Shown piece after piece: positions 41,004-53,552 of a stretch of DNA of 64,000 nt; position 1 is the first letter of the stretch; every line of letters begins with the position of its first letter. The notes beneath the pieces were generated by a model. The model saw nothing but the letters and a program-made list of their open reading frames with translations, was not told the DNA's origin and searched no databases. A program made the translations under genes and the position numbers. The DNA is from the human T2T-CHM13v2.0 reference genome, Homo sapiens, in assembly GCF_009914755.1 (NCBI RefSeq), contig NC_060928.1. One strand, given 5' to 3'.

Positions 41004-41894
41004 CTTCCAGTAATTAAGTAATTCCAAGAGATCTCAACTTAGGAGTCAGTGAAAAAAAGATCTAGAAGGTTTATATTTCTATCATTACTTAATTATACTT
41101 CAGCAATTTTTTTTATTACCTCCAGGAAAATAATTGAATCATCGAAGTTCTACAGCTTAAGAGATATGTTACTTTTCTTCATTGTTTCTTGAACTGACTG
41201 ATTCTTCATTCTAAATATTGAACATTCTCAGCTATTGAACTTATATTAAACTTTACTCTCTACTTTTCTGTCATTAAGTAGAGGAGCTGTTTGGTACATT
41301 ACTTGTCTTTAAGCCTAGACCAGATATACTCTACTACTAATTTTTCTTTTATTATAAAATTTATACTATGAGTTACTATAAATAGAGGGGTTGTGGGTAT
41401 TAACCACATGTAAAAAGGTTGTTTACTTTCTAAAGTATGGTTTGTCAGGGGGCAGAGTGCTGTACTAGCAGAACAGGGGCTTTGTTGATCATGTGACATT
41501 GAGCAACTTGTGTTTTCTCAGCCTCAGTTTCTTTATACTTAAAATTAGAGTCAGAGTTATGTGAATTTTAGGCAACAATATATGTTCCTAGTGCTTAGAA
41601 AATACTAGTCCCTGTCTCATTACTCCTTTCTGTTTCTTTACATCTCACCGAGTAGAATGGGTAACAAATGAAATCCAAAGTAGTTATCATCATTAGCTAG
41701 AGAAACCCAAAATTTAAGCCATTCTCCAGTATTGATAAGAAATCTTTAAGCACTAGAGCAGTGATCTAGCTGCTCATTTTGTATTTTGAAACATATTAAA
41801 GCATAAGCTGCTTCTGCCAGTTGTAAAAATATAACATATCGAAATATATTTTCATTTCTTCACAGTTTTCCTTTATATTTAATGATAAAATGAG

Positions 41895-42290
41895 TATATT
41901 AATCCATTCATGCACTGCTGTAAAGAAATAACTGAGGCTAGGTAATTTATAAGGAAAAGAGGTTTAATTGGCTCATGGTTCAGCGGGCTGTACAGGAAGC
42001 ATGGCAGCATCTGCTTCTGGGGAGCCTCAGAAATTTTACTCGTGGCAGTCAAAGCAAGTCAAAGCAAGAGCGAGCATCTTACGTGGCAGGAGCAGGACCA
42101 AGAGAGAGAGCGGGGAGGTGCCACACACTTTTAAACAACCAGATCTCAGGATAACTCACTATCATGAAACCAGCACCAAGGAGGAAATCTGCCCCTATAA
42201 TCCAATCACCTCCACCAGGCCCCACCTCCAACATTGGTGATTATAATTGAACATAATATTTGGGTGGGGACACAGACTCAAACTATATCA
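41895..42290 (-). mobile_element. MSTA-like MaLR solo LTR, antisense to AIMP1
   Basis: GGTAATTTATAAGGAAAAGAGGTTTAATTGGCTCATGGTTC..GGGGACACAGACTCAAACTATATCA; TSD ATGAG at 41890-41894 and 42291-42295. Confidence 0.9.
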
Positions 42291-42597
42291 ATGAGTACCT
42301 TACATTTTATTATTTTGATAATTTGGATACAATTCATTAAGCTTTATTACTTATAAAATATAAGAGTAAAATATGATATCTTTAATATACATAAAGAAAC
42401 AACAACGATTTTATTTTACCAATCAAGAATATAAACTGCTGACATAATAAAAATAAAGTAAATGTTAAAAGTTTGATTAGGTCCAAAAATCAGAAAATGT
42501 TGCCAAAACAATTCACTGGAAATCTCTGTGAATAGTCTCTTTAATATTTTTGTATATTAGCTGTGTAATTTTCTTGTGCTTTTTTTCTCCTACACAG

Positions 42598-42764
42598 GAG
42601 AGCCTGACAAGGAGCTGAATCCTAAGAAGAAGATTTGGGAGCAGATCCAGCCTGATCTTCACACTAATGATGAGTGTGTGGCTACATACAAAGGAGTTCC
42701 CTTTGAGGTGAAAGGGAAGGGAGTATGTAGGGCTCAAACCATGAGCAACAGTGGAATCAAATAA
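42598..42764 (+). CDS. AIMP1: AIMP1 last coding exon (exon 7)
   Basis: GEPDKELNPKKKIWEQIQPDLHTNDECVATYKGVPFEVKGKGVCRAQTMSNSGIK*. Exon lengths 109+114+168+212+169+167=939 nt, i.e. 312 aa plus stop. Confidence 0.97.
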
Positions 42765-42807
42765 AATGCTTCCACTACCAAAAGACATTAGAGAAAACCT
42801 TAAAAGT

Positions 42808-42813
42808 AATAAA
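42808..42813 (+). terminator. Proximal AIMP1 polyadenylation signal (further AATAAA at 43467, 43542, 43711, 44276)
   Basis: AATAAA 44 nt after the stop, with U-rich sequence downstream. Confidence 0.6.
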
Positions 42814-44969
42814 GAGAAATATATTTGTCACTTATACCTAAAATATGAGTGGCTCATTTTTGCATTACTCTCTTCTAGACTTGACTAGTCATTTACTTGG
42901 TATATATTGTTTTCATTGATTGGGGAAACACTAGATTTTTACCTCGGTTTTTGATCATTTATAATGGAGAGAGGAAGTTGCCTATGTTTTGTAATAATTT
43001 ATTTTTTAGCAGGAATATTGATTAGCAGCTTTTTTTTCTTTATACACATAGATAACTAACTAGATTAATGTTTAGTTTCTTATTTGTAGGCACAGGATGC
43101 ATGAAATTTCAAGCTCTGGGATTTTTTGTATATTGTGTATCTGTATCAAAAATATCCTCTCCTTTTCAAAAATGACAGGTTGGAAAATGTTTGTCAGACT
43201 TATTAACTGGTCATATTATAATAATACTGATAATGACCAACTGCTCATTCTGAAAGCCAAACATAAAAGCTAGGAGAAGTGGCATCTGAACATTTTTGCT
43301 TTGCTGCCAGAGTAACCCTGACTAATAATACAATAACAGCAATTTTTTTAAAAAACTGAGATTTCCTACTGGCTTGAAGTTTTTCTATTTAGCAAAATAA
43401 TTAGTAATAAGTTTTGACTAGGTCTAAAGAATGAACACATTGTAAACAGTTGCCACAGTAGTTTCTAATAAATTGATCATAAAAGCAGCTATCCTTTTTT
43501 TTTTTAATTCTAGCTTCTTTTTAAAGATTATTTGGGTACCTAATAAAGGATAATTTATATCTTATTACAGACTGATATTTTGCTTTTTCATGTGTCATCA
43601 TACTGTCAGTATATTAAAAGAAATTACAGCCTAAAACTTAACATATACCATACATATATATTAAGGTGTCAAATAGCTATTCTCACTCATCTTACAAATA
43701 TTGTAAGAGCAATAAAAATTAATTGAGGAATTATAAGCCTACAGGTCATCAGCCTTGAGGTGATTACTGATGATTTGGGCTTACACACATGTCAGCAAGA
43801 TAGGGAGTGTGGATAGGGGAGGGCTGGTAGCTAACAAGGGGCCTCACAGAGAAATATTAGTGACTTTAACCAGGTTTCAGAATCTGGGCCTTACCTTTAC
43901 AGGTTCAACAAAAGAATGGCATCAATAGAGGCAGAAGTATAGACATTGTTTTAAAAATACACACATGCACACACACACAAAACATTTTAGCATTATAGCT
44001 GTCTGAATCCTTCAATAAGAAGGAGAGGCACACACAAATACACACACTCACACAAAACTCAACAACCATAAAACAACCCTGCATGTTATAAAAGGCAGAA
44101 TTAAATTTTATTTATTTAAATCCATGGAACTCTGGTAGGCCAGGATATATTATAGTACCATTATCAATGTGATATTCTGAAAATATGAACTGAGCGTCAT
44201 TAACAATTGTTGGTACCTAAACACAAAATGAATTTCAAAAGTTACTTTGTTCTCAAGATATGTCATTCTTTTGGGAATAAATACTTCTGGTGACAAAGTC
44301 TTTTGTGAGTTTTTTGCTCTAATTTTTCTCAATTATATTAAATTTCTTTAATATAATTTAAATAATATTTCAACTACCTAGGTAGTTGAAATTTTCCCAA
44401 CTAAATGTTGAAATACTGTACCCCAGATCAAATTATCTAATGTTTTGTTAGTGAAACCTAAACTGATGATTAAATCGTTCATCAAACCTAGAGATAATAA
44501 AAACTATTGGTCTTTTGTTAAAAGCCCATAATGTAGCATCATCAGTAGCTCATTTGTGCTGAAATTTATGACGACTTACTACAAAAGAGTACATTCCAAA
44601 AATGTCACATTTGTCTTTCTCAAGTACTATATTATGCCTTACCAAATTATAACAAATGTCCATGCTTCCCTCCATAATTCCCACAGGTCTTTACCATGTA
44701 AAAATCCATGCTAAAGAGTGCTAAAGAGAGAAAGAAGTGGAGAATTAATCAGTGATTTTTCAAGTTGTATGAAAGCATTGACCAAGTTATCCATTCAGCC
44801 CTATTCAGTACTTGTTTTCACAGAAAACTTAATTCTGTTTTATTTGTATTGCTGGGATGGGAGAGCTCTTACGGAATCAACAAAGAAATAGCATTGTTGG
44901 CAAACTGGACATAACACTTCAGCATCTGATGTATTCTGGTTTTTAAGGATTTCAACGATAGGGGGTAGT

Positions 44970-45071
44970 GTTTGGTGGGAGGATCACTTTGAGCCCAGGA
45001 GAGCAAGGCTGCAGTGTGCTGTGATTGCACCACTGCACTCCAAACTAGGCTACAGAGTTGAGACCCTGTCT

Positions 45072-45118
<47 letters not shown>
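44970..45118 (+). mobile_element. AluJ/FRAM right-arm fragment with an A46 tail
   Basis: GGTGGGAGGATCACTTTGAGCCCAGGAG..GAGACCCTGTCTC followed by pure A at 45073-45118. Confidence 0.88.
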
Positions 45119-45123
<5 letters not shown>

Positions 45124-47796
45124 GTTGGGGAGCACCTCGCTGTTTCTTATAACTGGGCATTAAAATGGCCTGAGTATACCTCCTCAATTTTTCAGAGAAA
45201 TGATACGTCCTTTTAAAATATAAAAGTATCAGAAGTATATAACATTAGCCATGTATTTCACCTACATAAATAGTGACACAAGTCCTGATTCTAAGTGCTA
45301 TCCAGCAGTATGAAAATTACAACTTTATCACCAAGATGCAAAATAAAAAGAACTAGGAAGGGCAAATTAGTATGCTCAACAGGCAATAATGTTGCAAATT
45401 GCTGTCTCATGGAGAAAGCTCTACCCTCCAAAATTTTAGTTAAGGAATAATCATGCCTTCTCTAACAAATGTAAGGGTGATATATTAATAATACATGTCT
45501 ACTGTCATGGATTTTATTACAGAATTACTATTAAGATTGTTATTGCCTTCTAACTAGTCTTTTCATGTGTTTTATCCACCCCTTAAAAGCTCCTTTTGAG
45601 GTAGATCAGCCATTTTACCCCAAAGAGTCAACAGAAAAGTTAAATAAATGCCCCATACAAAGTTGAAACCTGGTTTAATTTTTTTCAGTTCTTACTGATC
45701 CTGTGTTCTCCAATACATCATGCTTTCTTAACATGTTAGTTAAATGGTCATGTGGTTTCTTTTATTTGAATGAAAAGTTTAGCTTTACTTTAAATGTTAG
45801 AGAAAAATAGTGACATAAAAATACCTAAATTTGAGTAGTTTATGATTAGCTCCTTTAGTGGAATACTTAAGAGATTCTAAAGGGAGAGTTGAGATTATTA
45901 AACACTCTTTGGAGTGGTTATGAAGAGAATTTATCAATTTTTTTTCTTTTTACTATTCAAATATATAGGGAGAATTCACTTGGCAAAACCAAGCTGCTGC
46001 TGCTGGTAGCAGTTGCCTTTTTGAAGAGGTTTATACCATGATTCTTTGAATAGTGCGCTGTTATTGAGGGCACTGAATGTGTAATGACAGTCCATCCCAA
46101 AAGCCAACATGATAGATGTCACTAAGTTCCATACAGATAGATAATTTAAAACAGAAACATAGGTATACTCCATTGTGATACTACTTATAACCCCAAAATT
46201 TGCAATAATGATGAAAAGGATAGTTGCTGATGGCTAATATGCCTCTGTACAAAACTGAATCATCTTCAGGTACCAACTTGTTGGAATTAGAAAGAGTCAC
46301 TTCACATTATTTTGCATTGTACTTTGTATAGTTATGGTTTTTCCTTTGAGTAAATCTTGGCAGAGATAACTCATAGGAGTATAACTCCATAAAAATATTT
46401 GGAGGAAGGACCCAGAACAATGAAATAATTGTTGGTGTGAAAGTGAGCCATCTGGAATTTCAGAGTGTGAACTAATTATTGTATATTGTATTTTTTCACC
46501 CTTATGTATTTGGGTTTTTTTTTCCCCTTCCTTTCTAACTTCCACCTATCCTAACACACACTATTCCCAATTCTCTAGATGTTTAAGTACAAAAACGTGT
46601 GTAAGTATGATTTTTGTCTTCATCAACATCATTTCCTATCTGGCAGGCTGTTGGCCTTAGCAACAGGAGCAGAAACAAGCCTGAGACCCAATAATTGCAA
46701 GAAAGAAAAATCCTTTTTAATGAAGCGTTAACTACTCTTGCCCTTCCCATTGCTACATAATGCCTACAGAATTGTTCAAATAGCCATTGTTAATGTCTTA
46801 TTTCCTCAATGGCCTTTTTGTGATGAACCTTCATATTAAGGCTGCTCTGACAAAGTTTTACATTTGTTTTTGTAAATTGCCTCATTAGAATATCATGCAT
46901 CCCAGCAGAGAAATGCACCCAATATATATGTGCACTTTGGTTTTCAGATTGCATATTTGGCTGATACTTGTTCATTTAAAATCCCTCAAATTTTCACACC
47001 TGGGGAATTTGGAAAGAACAGTGCAAGAGTCATCCAAAATCAACACCACAACTGTATTTCTCTTTGAAAAAGATTAATGAAAAATGCAAACTAAAAGTCA
47101 CTTTCAATAAGTTTAGCAAAAGGGAATGATTTCAGTAGAAATAACTTTTTTCGAAAACTTTCAGTTTTCCTATAAAAGGATAACATTTTTGTGTTAAAAC
47201 TGCACATACATTGAAAACAAAAACAAAAACTTTTCAGATACTTTTGGAGAGATTTGTTTTGAAAACAAAGTTGGAGTGAGAATCTGGGAAATAGCAATGC
47301 CACATAAAAGCATTAGCTTTATGTAAAAGAAGTACAGTATATCTGAAAATCAGTAGAATAGAAAATCTAAGAAAAATTTTAATATAAAAAATATAGATAA
47401 ACATAGCTTTAAAAAAGAAAGTCTTTGAAAATGCTGTTTGAGGTGATGTATCTAGAGGAACAAGCCTGGCAAGAGTCAGAGCTGATAGATTGCAGGGGTA
47501 ATCACTGGTGACCCCACATTGAATGCACTAATGAGACTTTAACACTAGCTGCACAAAAACATCAGATACACTGTCTTCCAATCCTCTAAAATACTCAAAG
47601 CACTTTCAAATTAAGCTTTAGTAGAGATTTTTGGTGTCTGGATGAGAACAGCATACAGATTAGGCATCTAGAGGGACATGAGAAAATATTGCAAATAATA
47701 GACTCTCATAGGAAAGGTGGCAGGGTACAAAAGATGAACTTGCTGGACATCGCTTATTTTACTTAAAGTAATCCTAGTCTCATGGTTCTTTAGATG

Positions 47797-48370
47797 CGTA
47801 GGGGCAGAAAGATGTGATACCTTTCCTTACCCATCTTAAGAGTCAAAGCTGACACTCCTGTAACAAAAGACAAGAGAAAAACATAAGTGTATTTAATCCA
47901 AGTTTTACATGATACACGAGCCCTCAGAAATGAAGACCAAAAGACTCAGGGAAAGCTGTCTATTTTGTGCCTAGGATTGCTGAAGAATGGACAGCCATAT
48001 AGCAATGTAATTGGATAAAAGAGAAAGTGCTAAACTGTAATAGACTGGTCAGGGAAACCCAGCAAGGCCATCCAGATTCTTCTTGGTGTCTGTAGCATGC
48101 CTTCCCCTGGGTATGGGGCAGGACCCTTCTGGAATGAGGGTCATCAAGGGAGAAGGGAGACAGTGACCTTTCTAAGTTTTATGGCTTGCTTTCAGGATAA
48201 GAAATTCTGGTTTCTGTGACTTTCTTCAAGGGGAAAAAGAGGTGGAACATAGGAGGGCAGGAGAAGGACAGAAAGACCTTGCCTCTGAAGCTCCTCCAAT
48301 CTCCTTCAGTTCAAAGTACTCAGCATGCCAAGGTCTCGTATTTGGAATATGGTCTTTTGAGCCCCCAACA
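47797..48370 (-). mobile_element. ERV1 MER4-group-like solo LTR
   Basis: Ends CAGCATGCCAAGG..TTTTGAGCCCCCAACA (TG.. on the - strand); internal CTCAGAAATGAAGACC and GGACCCTTCTGGAATGAGGGTC. Subfamily uncertain. Confidence 0.6.
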
Positions 48371-49284
48371 GCTGCAAGTTGTAATTACCTCCAGAACAGA
48401 TGAGTTTATTCAATGAATATGCACACACTGTCATCCAGAAAAAGCTGAACAAACCAGCCTCAAATGGAGAACAGCAGCAAGACGTTCACTTCAGTGCCTT
48501 AACATTCATATAATCCAACATCCCCATTACCAACTAACAAAATATTTCCCTACACCCACTATGCTGATTCTTATGAAAAGCTAGGATTGCTATTGCATAA
48601 TGGTACACAGAAGAGTATGTCTAGAATTTAATGCTTCATGGATATTATACTAGAATTCAGAGTATATTGGGAAAACACACTAACCAGAAAGATGGGAAAA
48701 GATGAAGAGGAAGGAAAACAGTGGTAAGATATGGACCTTCTACTATTTGTATATTGAATTAAAAGAGCTAATGATAAACTACCAGGATATATGCAATGTA
48801 AGTTATAAGAAAGGACTCTTGAAACAAAAGGGACAACCTGCAAGGGGGAGTCTTGAATTAAATAATTAAATATCTGAGCACAATCTAGTAATATGGTGAA
48901 AGGAAAAGCATTCCAAAGTCCACTTTTCTGGGGAGGATAGGAGAAAGAGAACTAGGGCGGAAATGGAAGTATTGTAAGGGTCTTATTTTAATAGTAGGAA
49001 ATTCTTGGTAAGGGAAATAGTTCATACTGTGTCATCAGGCAATAGCAGAGAAGTATGTACATGATTGTGAAATCAGGGGCAAGAAAATAATCTTTAATGA
49101 GGGTGAATTAGAATAGAACTTCCAAATTATCAAGGGGAAATATTGAATTAATAGCAATGTTATCAAGGTAGCAAAACTAAGGAAAAGAAAAAATACAATA
49201 AATACACTAATATAAAATAATAAACATAATGTAATATTCTGTGTCCTTGTAAAGGAAGATTTAATATCATGGGGTGTCATTTAC

Positions 49285-49286
<2 letters not shown>

Positions 49287-49326
<40 letters not shown>
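49287..49326 (+). repeat. (AC)n microsatellite, about 20 units
   Basis: Direct reading. Confidence 0.95.
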
Positions 49327-49329
<3 letters not shown>

Positions 49330-49330
<1 letters not shown>

Positions 49331-50395
49331 ATTTTTTTTTTAATTTAGGAAAAACAATCTAAGAACATGTATGAATGAATGCCTGAGTATAACCAGAAAA
49401 TATTTTGAAAAAAGAAAACAAGTTTGACCTCCTAGATATCAAGGAATGATATAAAATTATTACAATTAAATCACTTTGGTATTGAGAACAATATAAATAA
49501 AATAGGTAACAGAATAGGATTAAAAATACAGGATAAATCCAGAAATAGATCCAGGATATACGTTTCAGTCTCTATATCTAGCTACCTACCTACCATATAA
49601 GTAGTAAAAGGATGAATTTATAAATAGAACAAATACAACTGGTTACTCATCTGAAAGGAAGTAAAACTAAAACCAGCTATATCATGTACACGGAAATATA
49701 TGACTATAAAAAATTTCACAAATTTAGTTTGGCAAAACTTACCATACAAAGTTAAAGGACAAATAATAGATTTGAAAAAACAATTGTTACTCAGAGGACA
49801 GACAGAGGGTTAATATCTGTAACATACATAGAGCTCTTCCAATTTGCCAAACAAAAAGTAATCCAATAGAAAAAGAAATGACAAAAGGACAAAGGATGTG
49901 AAGAGCCAATTCATAAAAGACTAAGTCTAAATTACCAAAATGCTTACACAAAAATGTTCCAAATACAGAAAATCGTTCCAATTGGGAAATGCAAATAAAG
50001 TAACAGTGGGCTGTGGTTTTACATTTATTCAACTTGTTAACAATAGGTGTTCAAGATGATAACACCCATTGATGGGGAGAAAACAACTCACGTTGTTGGA
50101 AATCAAGTTTATCACAATATTTTTACAAAGAATCTGTTAAGATATATTAAATGTATATATACTTTTATACTTTTATATATATACTCTTGGGAATATAACT
50201 TACAGAAAAATAGTATTAACTAAAAATATATGTACAAGAATAGTTGCTTGAGCATTGCTTTGGGTGACAGAAAACTGGAAAGCTCATCAACAGAGGAGCA
50301 GTTGCATAAATTGTTACATAAACACTGTGAAATGTTTTGCAGCCTTTAAAAAGAATGAATTTGGGCTATATTTTAGGTTTGGAAAAATTTAAATG
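49330..50395 (+). mobile_element. Old L1M fragments
   Basis: A-rich degenerate ORF2/3'UTR motifs: CCAGAAATAGATCC, GGGAAATGCAAATAAA, GCAGCCTTTAAAAAGAATGA. Confidence 0.6.
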
Positions 50396-50404
50396 AGGTG
50401 GTGT

Positions 50405-50727
50405 TGAGACAGCCAAGTAAAAAGGGCTCCTGGAGAATCTCCAACTGGCCTGCACACAGAGAGGACAAGGTGGAGCCGCGGGAAGTTCTTGTTGTTTGCA
50501 GAGAGGAGGAGCCTAGCCTCTCCTGTCACTGGGTGGTAACCTGGGATTCAATTGGTGAGATGGGGTCCCATTAACAGGAACCCCTCTCACTTTGCTGAGC
50601 TTTTTTTCGTTTTTCACCCAATAAATTCCGTTTTTCTCACCCTTCTATGTGTCCATGAGCCTAATCTTTCTTGGTCGTGTGACAAGAACCCAGTTTTTAG
50701 CTGAAACGAGGAGAAAGTCCTACAACC
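50405..50727 (+). mobile_element. ERV1 solo LTR (MER61-like)
   Basis: TGAGACAGCCAAG..GGTGGAGCCGCGGGAAGTTC..CCCAATAAATTCC..GGTCGTGTGACAAGAACCC..; TSD GTGT at 50401-50404 and 50728-50731. Confidence 0.7.
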
Positions 50728-51054
50728 GTGTTAAAGTGAAAGAAAAATATATTATGAAGAGTGTAATACAAAAACTTGTTTTTAAGTTGAAAAGCCCTGT
50801 ATATTTTTATGTGTTTATATGTGCTGTGTGGGGATGATTACCTGGACATGAAGAAAAATAGAAACAGTGGACACCAGGCTTTTGGTTGGCATCAGTTATC
50901 TGTAATGGGCAGATTTGCAAGGAGAAGAGGAGAGAGGTAAAGGCAAAGCAAAAAAGCCACATAAGACTGCTAAAAGAAAATAAAGTATGTAATACTACCA
51001 CATTTAAGTATTTATGTGGAAATGTCTGTGTGTGTATATACACACATGTATACA

Positions 51055-51380
51055 CAGTAGGAACACCTTATCCAGAGGGAATATGTTCCAAGGCCCTAAT
51101 GGATGCCTGAAGCCAAAGAGAGTACTGAGCCCTAAACATACTATGTTTTCCTATATGTACATTCCTGTGATAAAGTTTAGTTTTTAAATTAGACACAGTA
51201 GGAGATTGACAAGAATAACTAAAAATAAACTAGAACAATTACAACAATATACTGTAATAAAAGTTATGTGAATGTGGTCTCTCTCTTAAGAAATCTTATT
51301 TATGTAATATTTCCAGATTGCAATTGACCACAGGTAACTGAAACCACAGAAAGTGAAATCACAGATAAGGGGTGATACTG
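51055..51380. mobile_element. MER44A-like TcMar-Tigger MITE
   Basis: Terminal inverted repeats CAGTAG..CCTTATCC and GATAAGGGGTGATACTG(TA); internal ATACTGTAATAAAAGTTATGTGAATGTGGTCTCTCTC. Confidence 0.8.
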
Positions 51381-52487
51381 TATATGCAAATATAAAAATA
51401 AATAATTCAGGGAAGAATATCACAGAAATCCTCTTTGACTAAAAGCACCTCTCTATTAATCATCAATATCAGGCCAGCCTCACAGAGCTTAAATCCTTAA
51501 TGTTCTGCACCATATATACTTCCTGAAATGAACTAGTTTTTGTTTTCTAGAAAAGTTAACTGACAACACATAAATGAAGCATATGAAGAACTTAACACCT
51601 GAATTCTTTTCCATTCTCCTTTTCTCCACCAGTCACCATTGTTTCAACTTCTTAGCATCAAGTCTCTTTCTCTGTCCCAAGCCCCAACAACCCGTGGGGC
51701 AAGTGTCAGTTCTCACTGCACTTCCAAACTCTGCCCCATTGTTGAGTCTCCCACTTCTCAGTCCAGGGCCCACAGCATAGGAGCAAGAGGTCATGCAAAG
51801 AAATAAGTGAGATGTTGTTTTAAGTTGGAATCTGTATTATGCTTTCCTATAGAAACATTTTATAAATCTAGCACAAATTCAAACGTGTACTGGAGTTCAC
51901 ATAATATTGTGCATTAAAGTAGGCTTTTGAAGACTACTCTGGGAGAATAACCACCGGCTTATAAGAACAAACTGTAAATTGGGAACTATCTTTGTGAAAA
52001 AATTTTATAAATTATGAAGTTCATATACAAATATTTATGAAAGTGATCTAATTTTGACTTGCTGGTGGACTTCACTCTTATCACTGATTGGAATTATTTT
52101 CCTTCAATTTTCACTGCTACCATTGGGACCATCCTGAAGCTCTCCACTAAACCATAGTGGCCAACCTTCAAAGGTAGAAGGTCTTTAGTGAAGGCTTTAT
52201 TCATAGTCAATTATCACAATTGTTATACTCATTTTTGCTAAAGGGCTTGCTCTGAGTTTTTACCAAATGTTTCCAAACTGAAATAGAAACCACAGGTTAC
52301 AAGGAAGTGGAAAAGAAAATTAACATATTTTAAGCAACTACCATGTGCCATGGCATTTAATCATTACAATAACTATGAGTAGGTATTCCAAAGAAGGAAA
52401 CAGACTCTGACAAGTTTAAACAATTTTTCTTTTCTGGCATCAAGTAAGCAGTGGAGCTAGTTCCTTTTTAATGGATAATAACTAATT

Positions 52488-53200
52488 ATTTTTAACTTTT
52501 ATTTAAATATAGCATATACAAGTAGTTTATAAATCACAAGTGTTTGTTGTTGCATTTTCACAAAGTGAACAAATCCTGTGAAACCAGGCTCCAAATCAAG
52601 AGAACAAAAGAACATGACCAGAATCTCAGAAGCCACATCAAGTGTAACCTTTCACTCACAATCTCCTCCCCAAGGTTAACCACTCTCCCAATTTCCAGCA
52701 CTTCTACCATCAGAGTAGTTTAGATTACATTTGTTTTACTGTTTTTGAACTTTCTGCACATGGAATCATGGAGTATGTACTCTTTTATGTCTGGCTTATT
52801 TTTCAACATTATGTTTGGGCAATTCACTGGTATCGTTACATATAGTTGAGCTTGCTTATTCTAATTACTTATTCTAATATCCCACTGTGGGAATATACCA
52901 CAATTTACTTAACCATTCTAATATTAATAGACATTTGAATAGTCTGTATGTTTAGCTTTTGAATAGTAGTTCCATGAACATTATTGTGCATACATGTCTT
53001 CTAGTACACAAATGTACACATTTATGTTGGGTATACACTTAGGAGTGTAATTGCTATGTCATGGGATTTGCATTAGAAATCTTGAATCATTGATGTTCTT
53101 TTTAACTTCTAGTTTTCCAAAGTGGTTATACCAATGTACACTCTCACCAGCAGCATATCAGAATACTTATGGTCCACATTCATGTCAATAAAGGCATTCT
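52488..53200 (-). mobile_element. Old L1M 3' end, same sense as GIMD1, directly downstream of its stop codon
   Basis: ATGGAATCATGGAGTATGTACTCTTTTATGTCTGGCTT..AATATACCACAATTT..GTTTTCCAAAGTGGTTATACCAAT motifs. Confidence 0.8.
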
Positions 53201-53255
53201 TTGTAGCTAGGTTTCTGACTCCAATACCCAATGCTCCTTTCCTTTCACCTAAATT

Positions 53256-53552
<297 letters not shown>

